Under the pieces are notes generated by a model. It searched no databases. It was given only the letters and a program-made list of their open reading frames with translations, and was not told where the DNA came from. The translations under genes and the position numbers were made by a program. DNA of 64,000 nt from Pseudomonadota bacterium (GTDB taxonomy: Bacteria > Bdellovibrionota_B > Oligoflexia > Oligoflexales > CAIYRB01). Where the stretch lies: the NCBI GenBank assembly GCA_031416315.1, contig JANOTL010000169.1, positions 19,526 to 83,525 on the forward strand. The letters are read 5' to 3'. Shown here piece by piece: positions 1 to 10,726 of this stretch. How positions within the stretch are numbered: the first letter of the stretch is position 1; each line of letters begins with the position of its first letter.

Positions 1-941
1 TCGACGATCCCACGCTGGATCTTCCGGCGCTTCTCGTTGCACTCGTCCATGAAGGCGATGAGCGGCTCGGGATCCTCGTCGACGAAAGCCTTCACGACGA
101 GGTCGGCGTGCTCGAGGCGACCCACCGCGTTGATGCGCGGCCCGAGGCGGAAGCCGACGTCCTTCTCGTCGACGCCCTTCACGGTGCGCGAGGCTTCCAT
201 CAGGCGCTTTAGCACCGGGCGCGTGGAGCGCCCGAGCGCGGCGACGCCCATCTTCGCTAGGCGATGGTTGACGCCGTTCAAAGGCACGACGTCGCAAATC
301 GTCGCCATGCCGACGAGCGCGAGGACGTCAGTCCAAGTCGCGGCTGCGTCCCGCGGCGGAAAGCGCTCGGCGAGCTTGCGTAAGAGGACGAAAGTGATGC
401 CGGCGCCGCAGAGCTCCTGATAAATGGCGTCAGGATGCAGCTTCGGATTGAGGATCAGGCAGTCGGGCATCTTCTCCGGCTGGATCACGTGGTGGTCGGT
501 GCACACGAACTCGACCCCGCGCTCCTTGCAGTAAGAGGCCTCGGCGTTGGCGGTGATGCCCGTATCCATGGTGATGATGAGCTCGGCCTTCTCGTCGTCA
601 ATGAGATGCGCGATCGCCTGGAGGTTCAGGCCGTAGCCTTCCTTGAAGCGGCATGGGATGTAGTGCGTGTAGTTGTGGTAACCGATCGACTGCAGGTACC
701 AGATCCAGGAGACGCAGCTCATGGTGCCGTCGACGTCGTAGTCGGCGTAAAGCGCGATCCGTTTACCCTTGGCGATCGCGTCGCCGACGGCCGCGATCAC
801 CTTGGTCAGCCCGTGGTCGCCGTAGGTCAGGCTCTCCAGCGGCGTGAACTGCCGGTTTTCGCGCAGAATTTCCGCCAAGCTCGCGTATTGATCCGGCGCC
901 TCCGCGGACAAAGCCCGCCATGTCTCATACTTACGTCCCAC
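1..941 (-). CDS. recJ: ssDNA-specific exonuclease RecJ (DHH family), runs off the window start
   Basis: Manual minus-strand translation from GTG 941 (GAAGGGGG upstream) gives IALYADYDVDG, VCTDHH and GFRLGPRINAVGR, the RecJ DHH motifs. Not in the supplied ORF track. Confidence 0.9.
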   Translation of the reverse strand, partial: MGRKYETWRALSAEAPDQYASLAEILRENRQFTPLESLTYGDHGLTKVIAAVGDAIAKGKRIALYADYDVDGTMSCVSWIWYLQSIGYHNYTHYIPCRFKEGYGLNLQAIAHLIDDEKAELIITMDTGITANAEASYCKERGVEFVCTDHHVIQPEKMPDCLILNPKLHPDAIYQELCGAGITFVLLRKLAERFPPRDAAATWTDVLALVGMATICDVVPLNGVNHRLAKMGVAALGRSTRPVLKRLMEASRTVKGVDEKDVGFRLGPRINAVGRLEHADLVVKAFVDEDPEPLIAFMDECNEKRRKIQRGIV

Positions 942-1032
942 GTGCGGGCCCCCTTCGGCGCTTGGCGAGGATCTCCCGCCAAGGTAAAACCTCATCCGAC
1001 ATTCAGCAAACCATTTGAGGAGGAGAGCCGAC

Positions 1033-1449
1033 ATGAGCCAAGCCCCGCTCACGCAACCGCTCGCTCGGTACTCGCACGTCCGCCAGGTCGGTGAGATCGT
1101 CTACGTCGCCGGCCAAGGCTGTCGCGACGCGAAGACCGACAAGTACGCCGGTCTCACCTTGGCACCCGATGGCTCCATCCTCGCTTACGACATCGCCGAG
1201 CAGACGATCGGCGTTTTGAACAACGTCGAAGGCGCGCTGAAGTCTCTGGGGCTCGACCGTCGCGCCCTCGTCGACATCAACGTCTTTCTCACCGACATGC
1301 GCGATTTCCCGGCGATGAACAAGGTCTGGAACGACTTCTTCCGGGATGTCGAGCCGCCGCCGACGCGCACGACCGTGGCCGTGTCGAAGCTTCCGGGCCA
1401 CAACTTCGTCGAGATGAAGGCGGTGGCCGAAGCGCGGCGCAAGGGATGA
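1033..1449 (+). CDS. amnD: RidA/YjgF family protein, probable 2-aminomuconate deaminase
   Basis: LARYSHVRQVG..YVAGQG, DINVFLTDMRDF, PPTRTTVAV; GAGGAG RBS before ATG 1033; context with ALDH and aminophenol dioxygenase. Confidence 0.75.
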   Translation: MSQAPLTQPLARYSHVRQVGEIVYVAGQGCRDAKTDKYAGLTLAPDGSILAYDIAEQTIGVLNNVEGALKSLGLDRRALVDINVFLTDMRDFPAMNKVWNDFFRDVEPPPTRTTVAVSKLPGHNFVEMKAVAEARRKG

Positions 1450-2882
1450 GCCACTACATCGACGGCCGTTACGTCGCATCGGAGGGCGGGAAAACCTTCA
1501 CGACGATGAATCCGGCGACGGACGAGGCCTTGGCCGAGTTGGCGCGGGGCACGGCGGCCGACGTCGACCGCGCCGTGAAAGCTGGCGCCCTTGCAATGCA
1601 GGGGCCGTGGGGCCGCACATCCGCCGGCGAGCGCGCGCGCGTCCTGCGCCGCGTCGCCGATCTCATCGACCAGCAGAGGCACGAGCTCGCGCGCCTCGAG
1701 AGCCAGGACACGGGCAAGCCGATCTCCGAGACGGTGACCGGGGACATCGCCCGCGCCGCGCACAATTTCCGCTTTTTCTCGGAGATCGCGGCGCACCGCG
1801 AGCTCCCGAGCTACGTCGGCGACGACGGCAGCCTGCATACGACGCATGCCGAGCCGCTCGGAGTCGTCGGTCTCATCACGCCGTGGAATCTGCCGCTCTA
1901 CCTCGCCACCTGGAAGCTCGCGCCGGCGCTCGCGGCCGGCAACGCCGTGGTGCTGAAGCCGGCGGAGCTGACGCCCCTAACGGCCGGGGCGCTCGGGCCG
2001 CTCCTGGCCGAGGCCGGCGTCCCCCCAGGTGTTTTCAACGTCGTGCAGGGCTTCGGCCCGGGCGAAGCGGGCGAAGCTCTGGTGACGCACCCCGACGTCA
2101 AGGCGATCTCGTTCACCGGCGAGACGCGCACGGGCGAGGCGATCATGCGCGCCGCGGCGCCCAGCCTGAAAAAGCTGTCGTTCGAGCTCGGCGGCAAGGG
2201 CGCCTCCGTGATCTTCGCCGACGCCGATCTGGACCGCGCCGCGGAGACGGCGACCCGCGCCGCGTTCCGGAACCAAGGACAGATCTGCCTCGCAGGCAGC
2301 CGGCTTTTGGTCGAGGAGTCGGCCTACGAGGCCGTGCTCCAGCGCGTGCTCGCGCACGTGGCCAAGATCAAAGTCGGCGATCCGCTCGATGAAAAGACGA
2401 CGATGGGATCGCTCATCGGCAAAGAGCATCGCGAGAAGGTGATGAGCTTCGTCGAGCGCGCCCGCACCCAGGGCGAAGGTAAAATCGTCGCGGGCGGTCG
2501 CATTCCTCCGAGCCAAGCGCGCGGCGCATTTTACGAGCCGACGGTGATCACCGGCGTCTCCCAGCGTTCGGCGCTGGTCCAGGAGGAGATCTTCGGTCCG
2601 GTCCTGACGGTGCAGACCTTCAAGACGCAGGAAGAGGCGATGGCGCTGCTGAACGACACGCCGTACGGTCTCTCCTGCTCGATCTGGACGAAGGACCTGG
2701 CGCGGGCGCAGTGGGCTGCGCGCCAAGCCCGCATGGGCCTGGTTTGGATCAACAGCTGGTTTCTCCGAGATCTGCATGCGGCCTTCGGCGGCATGAAACG
2801 CAGCGGCGTCGGGCGCGAGGGCGGCCGCCTCAGCCTCGAATTCTTCTCCGAGCTCAAAACGGTGACGTTTCCGGGAGGGTGA
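1446..2882 (+). CDS. amnC: Aldehyde dehydrogenase, 2-aminomuconate/2-hydroxymuconate semialdehyde dehydrogenase type
   Basis: ITPWN, FTGET, FELGGK, NQGQICLAG, EEIFGP and the subfamily-typical WINSWFLRDL..FGGMKRSG; ATGA overlap with the RidA gene. Confidence 0.8.
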   Translation: MSHYIDGRYVASEGGKTFTTMNPATDEALAELARGTAADVDRAVKAGALAMQGPWGRTSAGERARVLRRVADLIDQQRHELARLESQDTGKPISETVTGDIARAAHNFRFFSEIAAHRELPSYVGDDGSLHTTHAEPLGVVGLITPWNLPLYLATWKLAPALAAGNAVVLKPAELTPLTAGALGPLLAEAGVPPGVFNVVQGFGPGEAGEALVTHPDVKAISFTGETRTGEAIMRAAAPSLKKLSFELGGKGASVIFADADLDRAAETATRAAFRNQGQICLAGSRLLVEESAYEAVLQRVLAHVAKIKVGDPLDEKTTMGSLIGKEHREKVMSFVERARTQGEGKIVAGGRIPPSQARGAFYEPTVITGVSQRSALVQEEIFGPVLTVQTFKTQEEAMALLNDTPYGLSCSIWTKDLARAQWAARQARMGLVWINSWFLRDLHAAFGGMKRSGVGREGGRLSLEFFSELKTVTFPGG

Positions 2883-2883
2883 C

Positions 2884-3672
2884 ATGGACCTCGGACTGAA
2901 GAATAAGCGAGCGCTGGTCACGGCCGGATCGAAGGGCCTCGGCGCCGCGGTGGCCGAGGCTTTGGCGGCGGAAGGCGCGTCGCTGGTGATCGGCGCGCGC
3001 CACGAAGCCGAGCTGCGCGCGACGGCCGACCGGATCAAGGCGAAGCACCGCGTTCCCGTGCACGCGCTCACCGTCGACCTGGCGAATCCGGAGGCGGCCT
3101 CTTCCTTCGCGCGCGAGGCCGAGCGCCTCCTCGGGGGCGTCGACGTCCTGATCAACAACGTCGGCGGCCCCGCGCCCTCGAGCGCGCAGGAGACCGAGCT
3201 CTCCGCCTGGCAAAAGGGCTTCGAGCAGGTCTTTCTCAGCGTGGTCGCCGTCACCCGGCACCTGACGCCGGCGATGAAGGAGCGGCGTTTCGGCCGCATC
3301 GTGACGATCACCTCGACGAGCGTCGTCGAGCCGATCGAGCATCTCGTCGTGTCGACGGCGATGCGCTCGGCGGTCACGGGCTACCTTCGCACGCTCGCGA
3401 CCGAGCTGGCCCCGCACGGGATCACGGTGAACACGGTGATGCCCGGCGTCCTGCATACGGGTCGCATCGAAGATCTTCGGCGGGCGAAGGCGGCGCGCGA
3501 GAGCTCGACCTTGGAGATCGAGATGGCGAAGACGGCGAAGGCGATCCCGGCGGGGCGGATCGGGAAGCCGGAGGAGTTGGCGGCGTTCGTGGCGTTTTTG
3601 GCGTCGGAGCAGGCTGGGTACATGACGGGGTTGAACGTGGCGGTGGATGGGGGGGCGCGGCGGGGGTTTTAG
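2884..3672 (+). CDS. SDR family oxidoreductase
   Basis: TAGSKGLG, INNVGGP, ITVNTVMPG; the YxxxK motif is replaced by SxxxR (STAMR). Confidence 0.85.
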   Translation: MDLGLKNKRALVTAGSKGLGAAVAEALAAEGASLVIGARHEAELRATADRIKAKHRVPVHALTVDLANPEAASSFAREAERLLGGVDVLINNVGGPAPSSAQETELSAWQKGFEQVFLSVVAVTRHLTPAMKERRFGRIVTITSTSVVEPIEHLVVSTAMRSAVTGYLRTLATELAPHGITVNTVMPGVLHTGRIEDLRRAKAARESSTLEIEMAKTAKAIPAGRIGKPEELAAFVAFLASEQAGYMTGLNVAVDGGARRGF

Positions 3673-3676
3673 GGCC

Positions 3677-3745
3677 TTTCACCGAAGAGAACGCCGAGGA
3701 CGCAGAGGGGCTTTTTAAATGCCCGCTGCGTCCTCTGCGGTAAAA
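3677..3745. repeat. REP-like intergenic inverted repeat with 9-nt periodic units
   Basis: GAGGACGCAG (3696-3705) pairs with CTGCGTCCTC (3726-3735); outer TTTCACCG / CGGTAAA; lies between convergent genes. Confidence 0.65.
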
Positions 3746-3758
3746 AAACTTCCGACCG

Positions 3759-4586
3759 TCACCGCGCCCCGAAAAGGCTCATCGGCGACTGCGGATCCCC
3801 GCCATCGGCGAACACCGCCCACGTCGCCTCGAACTTCGACCGGAAGACGTCCCGCGACGCCTTCGAGCAGTAGTAGCTGTCCTGCGCTTCGGCGAGCACG
3901 ACGTTGCCGAAGGCGACGGCGTCCTTGTCGCGGAGCTTCACGAACTTCTCGCGCGTGTCGGCGGGAGCGCCCTTCAGGTCTTCGAGGAACGCCTCGCCGA
4001 GCCGTGTGCGCGCGGCGATGACGGCGGAGGCGGCGTTCTTCCATTCGGGGGAGTTGAATGGCGCAGGTGCCTGCGCATTTTGCAGCCGCGGCAGCAGGAA
4101 CTCGGTGAAAAAGTACGAGCCGAGACGCACGAGGCTCGTGCGGATGACCGCGACGTCCGCCTCGATCAGGAGCTCCGGCGGCTCGCCCCCGGTCTGGCGC
4201 CAGCAGGCGCGCGTCGGCTCGGCGCTCACGTTGAGCGCCTTTTCCTCGGCCGTGAACGGCGTGCCCTCGCACGCTTTGACGCCATCGGGGACGAGGATGA
4301 TGCGGGCGCGAACGCCGGCCATGAGCTGAGCGACCGCCGCAGGTAGCGCCGCGGCCGTGGACATCAGCTCGGCCGTGAGCGGCGCGTCCTTCGGCTCGAT
4401 CAGGGCCTGAAGCGGCTTCGCATAGTCCGGGATGGTCGTCGAGCCGCACACGTACTCGGTCTTCGCGCCCGTGAGGCCGTCGAGGCTCCTCACTTTGGCG
4501 GTCTCTTGCGCGGGGCCATCGTTCTGCGGCTTGCATGCGAGCGTCGTCGCGACCAGGGCTGCGCTCAACAAGATGTGGTTTTTCAC
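3759..4586 (-). CDS. Hypothetical lipoprotein, possible inactive zincin (ATLF/PPEP-like)
   Basis: Lipobox TLAC; C-terminal LAEAQDSYYCS..R..F...F..T...F; GTGA overlap with the upstream gene. Confidence 0.65.
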   Translation of the reverse strand: MKNHILLSAALVATTLACKPQNDGPAQETAKVRSLDGLTGAKTEYVCGSTTIPDYAKPLQALIEPKDAPLTAELMSTAAALPAAVAQLMAGVRARIILVPDGVKACEGTPFTAEEKALNVSAEPTRACWRQTGGEPPELLIEADVAVIRTSLVRLGSYFFTEFLLPRLQNAQAPAPFNSPEWKNAASAVIAARTRLGEAFLEDLKGAPADTREKFVKLRDKDAVAFGNVVLAEAQDSYYCSKASRDVFRSKFEATWAVFADGGDPQSPMSLFGAR

Positions 4587-5209
4587 GGCTCGTCTCCATC
4601 ATCGTTTCCGGCTGGCGGCTTCGGCACGGGCGGCGCCGAGGGTTTCGGGCCGGAAGGCACGCCGCCGCCGCCGCCGCCGCCGCCGAGGCTGCCGAGGAGC
4701 GGGCCGATCAAGCTCGTGAGGCCGCCGAGGCCACCGCCGCCACCGCCGCCCAAAAGCGGGCCGATCAAGCTCGTGAGGCCGCCGAGGCCGCCGCCACCGC
4801 CGCCCAGAAGCGGGCCGATGAGCCCGCCCAAAGCGCCGAGGCCGCCACCGCCGCCGCCGGGGCCGGCGGGCGGGCCCGGGATGGGACCGATCGGAATCGT
4901 GGGGAGCGCGGGTAAGGTCGAAGACGAGCCATCGGAGCTCGTGCTGCCTCCGGAGGTCGAGCCTTTAGTCGTCGTGCCGCCCTCGGAAGTGGTGCCTTCG
5001 GTCGTCGTGCCACTGCTGGACGTTGTGCTGTTGTCGCTGGTGCCGCCGGACGACGACGACGACGACGAGGTCGTCGTCGTCGAGGTCGTCGCTTTCCTGG
5101 CCGCGACCGGCGGCGCTTTCGGCGGCGCCGAGTTGCAGCTGACAAGCGAAGACATCAGGAGAATGCCTACGTGCGCGATGGCACCGCGAAGCCGTACGAG
5201 ACGACGCAT
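4583..5209 (-). CDS. Low-complexity Ser/Thr/Gly-rich lipoprotein with amphipathic repeats
   Basis: Lipobox LVSC, S/T linker, 3x G5-7-LG(G/A)L(TS/GG)LIGPLLG; AGAGG RBS. Confidence 0.7.
   Translation of the reverse strand: MRRLVRLRGAIAHVGILLMSSLVSCNSAPPKAPPVAARKATTSTTTTSSSSSSSGGTSDNSTTSSSGTTTEGTTSEGGTTTKGSTSGGSTSSDGSSSTLPALPTIPIGPIPGPPAGPGGGGGGLGALGGLIGPLLGGGGGGLGGLTSLIGPLLGGGGGGGLGGLTSLIGPLLGSLGGGGGGGGVPSGPKPSAPPVPKPPAGNDDGDEP
4698..4860. repeat. Coding tandem repeat, about 3 x 54-57 bp
   Basis: AGCGGGCCGAT(C/G)A...GCCGAGGCC(A/G)CC units repeated three times. Confidence 0.85.
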
Positions 5210-5246
5210 AGGGCCTCTTCTATCGAGCGGATTGGGTATGAGAAGC

Positions 5247-5274
5247 TTATCGGCGATCTGGAGATTTTACCTTA
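5247..5274 (-). promoter_or_regulatory. Sigma-28 (FliA)-type promoter for 5209/4586, embedded in an inverted repeat (5243-5292)
   Basis: Minus strand TAAG-N16-GCCGATAA; perfect -10 consensus. Confidence 0.7.
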
Positions 5275-5305
5275 GATCCGCCGATAATGCTTACATCCCC
5301 GCCCT

Positions 5306-7040
<1,735 letters not shown>

Positions 7041-7084
7041 TCATTAGTTCTGACTACTACCGGAGCCAAGCTGTGCTGGGAAGG

Positions 7085-7513
7085 TTATTGCGGAACGACG
7101 TCGTACTTGTCGTTGCCCTTGAACGTCTTACCGTCCCAGGTGATGGAGGCTGCCGTGCCATCTTCCAGCTGCGTCGAGATGGTCATCGGGACCGTGCCGG
7201 CGCCGCCGCTCGGGACCGTGCCGGTCGGCGCGATGGCGCCCGTGGGCGCGACGTCACCGGTCGGGCCGGTCGGGCCGCCGCTGGTGTCGATCTCGCCGGA
7301 AGGCGGCACGATCGTGCCCGAGCCCGGCGTCGGTCCGGCCGGAGCGATCGGTCCGGAGGGCGCGACCGGGCCAGAGGGCGCGATTGGACCGCTGGTTCCA
7401 AGCGCGCCCGGCTGCTGGATCGCGCGGCGCTCACGCCGAGCACAGCTCGCAGAATGCAGCACGACTGCGGCGACGAGGCCGAGCTGGGCGAGACCAAAAA
7501 GGCGGTGACGCAT
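7085..7513 (-). CDS. Exported Pro/Gly-rich protein, probable lipoprotein
   Basis: Signal ending SASC; (S/T)GP(I/V)AP hexapeptide repeats; GGAGG RBS. Confidence 0.65.
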   Translation of the reverse strand: MRHRLFGLAQLGLVAAVVLHSASCARRERRAIQQPGALGTSGPIAPSGPVAPSGPIAPAGPTPGSGTIVPPSGEIDTSGGPTGPTGDVAPTGAIAPTGTVPSGGAGTVPMTISTQLEDGTAASITWDGKTFKGNDKYDVVPQ

Positions 7514-7539
7514 CGTGAGTTCCTCCGGGCGCTGGTTTC

Positions 7540-7567
7540 TTATCGTCAGAACCGTTCAAGAATTGTA
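7540..7567 (-). promoter_or_regulatory. Sigma-28-like promoter for 7513
   Basis: TACA-N16-GACGATAA. Confidence 0.45.
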
Positions 7568-7713
7568 CCCCTGACTTGAATATAGGCATCTTCTTTGAAA
7601 TTAGAATGTTACGGGCGCAAGCCAGTGCCGCGATCCGCCTAAGGATTGGTCGCCGCCCAGAATACCTGCTAAAAGTCGCAGCTTCCTTCGCCCCTCTCCG
7701 TAGGAGCCGCCGC

Positions 7714-8409
7714 GTGCACCGCCAAAGCCTTCTCACGCTACTCGACGTCTACGAAAGGACCTGGATTGAAGGTGCGGGTGCGGCTCGACCGCATGCTGCC
7801 CGGGATGCGGCTGAAGAGCGGGCGATCGTCGCGGAGTTCCGCCGCTTCGTGCGCGAGGAGCACGAGTGCTTCGAGCGTCATTTGGCCGTAGGCCACGTGA
7901 CGGGCTCGGCGCTCGTGGTAAGCCCCGGCCTCGATAACGTCCTTCTGACTCTCCACGCGAAGCTCGGGAAGTGGCTGCAGCTCGGCGGGCACGCGGACGG
8001 CGAGGCCGAGGTGCACGACGTGGCGCGCCGCGAGGTCCAGGAGGAGTCGGGCCTCGGCGACCTCGACTTTCTTGCCTACGAGCCCGCGCTCGGCGCGACG
8101 CGACCCGGCGGCGCTCCCCTCCCCTTCGACTTCGATCGCCACGCCATCCCGCCACGGAAGTCGGATCCCGAGCACTATCATTACGATGTGCGCTACCTCG
8201 TGGTCGCCGACCCGCACGAGCCCCTGGCGATCACCGACGAGTCGACCGATCTGCGCTGGTTCCCCCTGGCCGAAGCCCGCGCCCTGACCGAAGAGCGCAG
8301 CATGATCCGGCAGTTCGATAAGCTCGCCTGGCTCGGGACGCGCCTCGAACTTCGGGCCTCGCCGTTGACACGGCCCGGCGCGGACTTAAGCTGCGAGGCA
8401 GGAGGCTGA
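7714..8409 (+). CDS. NUDIX hydrolase
   Basis: GHVTGS, WLQLGGHADGE..VARREVQEESG Nudix box, HYHYDVRY; AGGAG RBS before GTG 7714. Confidence 0.88.
   Translation: MHRQSLLTLLDVYERTWIEGAGAARPHAARDAAEERAIVAEFRRFVREEHECFERHLAVGHVTGSALVVSPGLDNVLLTLHAKLGKWLQLGGHADGEAEVHDVARREVQEESGLGDLDFLAYEPALGATRPGGAPLPFDFDRHAIPPRKSDPEHYHYDVRYLVVADPHEPLAITDESTDLRWFPLAEARALTEERSMIRQFDKLAWLGTRLELRASPLTRPGADLSCEAGG
8365..8392 (+). promoter_or_regulatory. Sigma-70-type promoter for the DnaJ gene
   Basis: TTGACA-N16-TAAGCT. Confidence 0.55.
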
Positions 8410-8412
8410 GCC

Positions 8413-9354
8413 GTGGCTGATTACTACAAAACGCTGGGCGTCGAAAAAGGCGCCACCGACGATGTGATCAAAAAGGCTTACCGCAAGCTGGCATTGAAGT
8501 TTCACCCCGACCGCAACAAAGGGGATCCGAAAGCGGAGGAACGCTTCAAGGAGATCAGCGAGGCGTACGCCGTCTTGTCGGATTCGGACAAGAAAAAGCA
8601 GTACGACAATTTCGGCGATCAGAAGTTTCACCAGCAGTACTCGCAGGAGGACATCTTCCGCGGCGCGGACTTTTCGTCGATCTTCCGCGAGTTCAACCTC
8701 GGCGGCTTCGACCTCGGCTCGATCTTCGGCGGACGCGGCGGCGGCGCCGGCGGCGCCGGCGGCTTCGAGGCCTTCGGCGGCATGGGTGGCCGGGGCGCCG
8801 GCGCGGCTGAGGCGCGGCGCGGCGCGATGAAGGGCCAGGACGTCGAGTATCCGCTGACGATCGGCTTCGAGGAAGCCTTCCGCGGCTCCGAGCGCCAACT
8901 GTCCTTCCGCTTGGAGGACGGCACCTCGCGCAGCCTGAAGGTGAAGGTGCCGAAAGGCGCGCGCGACGGCGCCAAGCTGCGCATCGCCGGGAAAGGCGCG
9001 GACAGCCCTTACGGCGGCGACGCCGGGGATCTCTACGTCGTGCTCACCGTCGCCGCGCACCCGCGCTTCACGCGCTCCGGCGACGACCTCGAGGCGTCAC
9101 TGCCCCTGAAGCTCTCCGACGCCTTGCTCGGCGCGACTGCCGAGGTCGAGACGCTCGACGGCGTCAAGAAAGTGAAGATCCCGGCCTTGATGAAGCCAGG
9201 GAAAAAGATTCGGCTCAAGGGCTTAGGCTGCTGGGTCGCGCGCTCCGAGACCGAGCGCGGCGACTTTTACGTCGTGGTAGACTATCTCCTGCCGGAGACG
9301 CTCACCGCGGCGCAGAAATCCGCCGTCGAGGCCTTGCGAGATGCTGATTTGTAG
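8413..9354 (+). CDS. cbpA: DnaJ-class co-chaperone without zinc finger (CbpA-type)
   Basis: J domain with HPD, G/F-rich linker, C-terminal GDLYV domain, no CxxCxGxG repeats. Confidence 0.85.
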   Translation: MADYYKTLGVEKGATDDVIKKAYRKLALKFHPDRNKGDPKAEERFKEISEAYAVLSDSDKKKQYDNFGDQKFHQQYSQEDIFRGADFSSIFREFNLGGFDLGSIFGGRGGGAGGAGGFEAFGGMGGRGAGAAEARRGAMKGQDVEYPLTIGFEEAFRGSERQLSFRLEDGTSRSLKVKVPKGARDGAKLRIAGKGADSPYGGDAGDLYVVLTVAAHPRFTRSGDDLEASLPLKLSDALLGATAEVETLDGVKKVKIPALMKPGKKIRLKGLGCWVARSETERGDFYVVVDYLLPETLTAAQKSAVEALRDADL

Positions 9355-10648
9355 CCTTTTCCTCGCGGCTTCGACCTTGGCCCCGCAGTCGGGCTTTCCG
9401 GTGAGCGTGCCGCTCCTCGACCTGCCTTACAACACCGAGGCGGCGTCGCAACCGTCGATGCCGCAGGCCCTGGCTCTGAGCGCCAGCTTCTACGAGGGCT
9501 CGCACTGGCTCCTCGGGCGCTTCCTCACGCCGCGTCAGGGCGGATGGAAGGGCTTTGGGCATCGGATGGCTTACTTCGGCATCGACATGGTGCTCGCCTA
9601 TCTGCCGCTGGGCGATGCGTGGGCGCATGAAGAGTTCCATCGCGCGGTGATGGGCCATCGCGGCATCGAGTCGCACAACGCGGTCTACGACTTGGACATC
9701 GGCGCCGCCACCATCCCGGTCGATCGCGTCCGGGACGCGGACCTCGTGCGGCTGAAGCGCGAGCACCCCGCCGATATGGTGCGGCTGCCCGCCGCCGGGA
9801 TCGAGGGCCAGCTCCTGCTCACGCGCGAGTTGGAGAAGCGCACGTTTTTCGCGGCGCCGCGCGCCGATCTCCCGTACCACGAGATCGCGATCGCCTTCGC
9901 CTACTTCAATACCTATGCGTACGTCTCGTCGGGCGCGACGAAAGACGCCGATACGCTGACCGACGAGTTGAACGCGATCGAGAAGGACGTGCCCTCGCGG
10001 GACTTCGTCGGCCACGACTTCACCAGTTGGGCCTACGACCTCTTCCGCCCCGACGAGCCGTACGAGGCGCGCGGCGTCCACCCCACCGGCGTGGGCCTCG
10101 ACCGCTACCGCAAGAATCAGGACCTCACCCGAGCCGAGTCGCGCTACCTCGGCTTCATGGGCAAGCTCATGCTGCTGAACCTGGTCGACTCGTCCCTCTT
10201 CCGGCCGGAGGGCCTGGAAATCGAGGGCGGACGGGCCGCCTTCCACCTGAAGCAGTTTTTGACCTCGTTCGGCTACGCGACCGACCTCGGGTTCTTCGTC
10301 GACGCCTACGGCTGGCCCTTCACCCTTACTCTCACGCGCTATCGCAACGAGACGCTGTCGATGCCGGGCCTCGCGCTCGAGCTCGTCGAGCTGCCGCTCG
10401 CTGGCGTGCCGTTCGTGCGCGCCGTGAGCGTCAAGGCGAGCGGCTGGCTCCAGCCGGAGCGCCAGCGTTTTCGCGACCGCAACGCGCAACGCGGCGCCGC
10501 TGGCGGCGCGACGCTCTTTTTGCCGTTCGGCGAGCGGCGCGACCTTTTCGTCGCCGCGGAGCTGAAGACGGCCGGCTGGGTGCCGGGGAACCCGAGCCTG
10601 GATCGTGCCGAAAGTATGCAAGTCGGCGTGTCCATTTGGCTCTTTTGA
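9341..10648 (+). CDS. Exported hypothetical protein with HExxH motif and barrel-like C-terminus
   Basis: Signal peptide; [11 protein letters not shown]; alternating beta-strand C-terminal region ending in Phe. Confidence 0.6.
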   Translation: MLICSLFLAASTLAPQSGFPVSVPLLDLPYNTEAASQPSMPQALALSASFYEGSHWLLGRFLTPRQGGWKGFGHRMAYFGIDMVLAYLPLGDAWAHEEFHRAVMGHRGIESHNAVYDLDIGAATIPVDRVRDADLVRLKREHPADMVRLPAAGIEGQLLLTRELEKRTFFAAPRADLPYHEIAIAFAYFNTYAYVSSGATKDADTLTDELNAIEKDVPSRDFVGHDFTSWAYDLFRPDEPYEARGVHPTGVGLDRYRKNQDLTRAESRYLGFMGKLMLLNLVDSSLFRPEGLEIEGGRAAFHLKQFLTSFGYATDLGFFVDAYGWPFTLTLTRYRNETLSMPGLALELVELPLAGVPFVRAVSVKASGWLQPERQRFRDRNAQRGAAGGATLFLPFGERRDLFVAAELKTAGWVPGNPSLDRAESMQVGVSIWLF

Positions 10649-10665
10649 GCTAAAGCGATCTTGCT

Positions 10666-10693
10666 TAACGCGCCGGCGCGTTCCTGCCGATGG
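10666..10693 (+). promoter_or_regulatory. Sigma-28-like promoter for 10727
   Basis: TAAC-N16-GCCGATGG. Confidence 0.45.
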
Positions 10694-10726
10694 GACGGGC
10701 AAGCCCCGCCTCGAAAGGTCATCACC

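Noticed and set aside
7610..7635. Sigma-54 promoter (GGCAC..TTGC, minus strand)
   Set aside because: GG-to-GC spacing is 9 nt rather than the required 10
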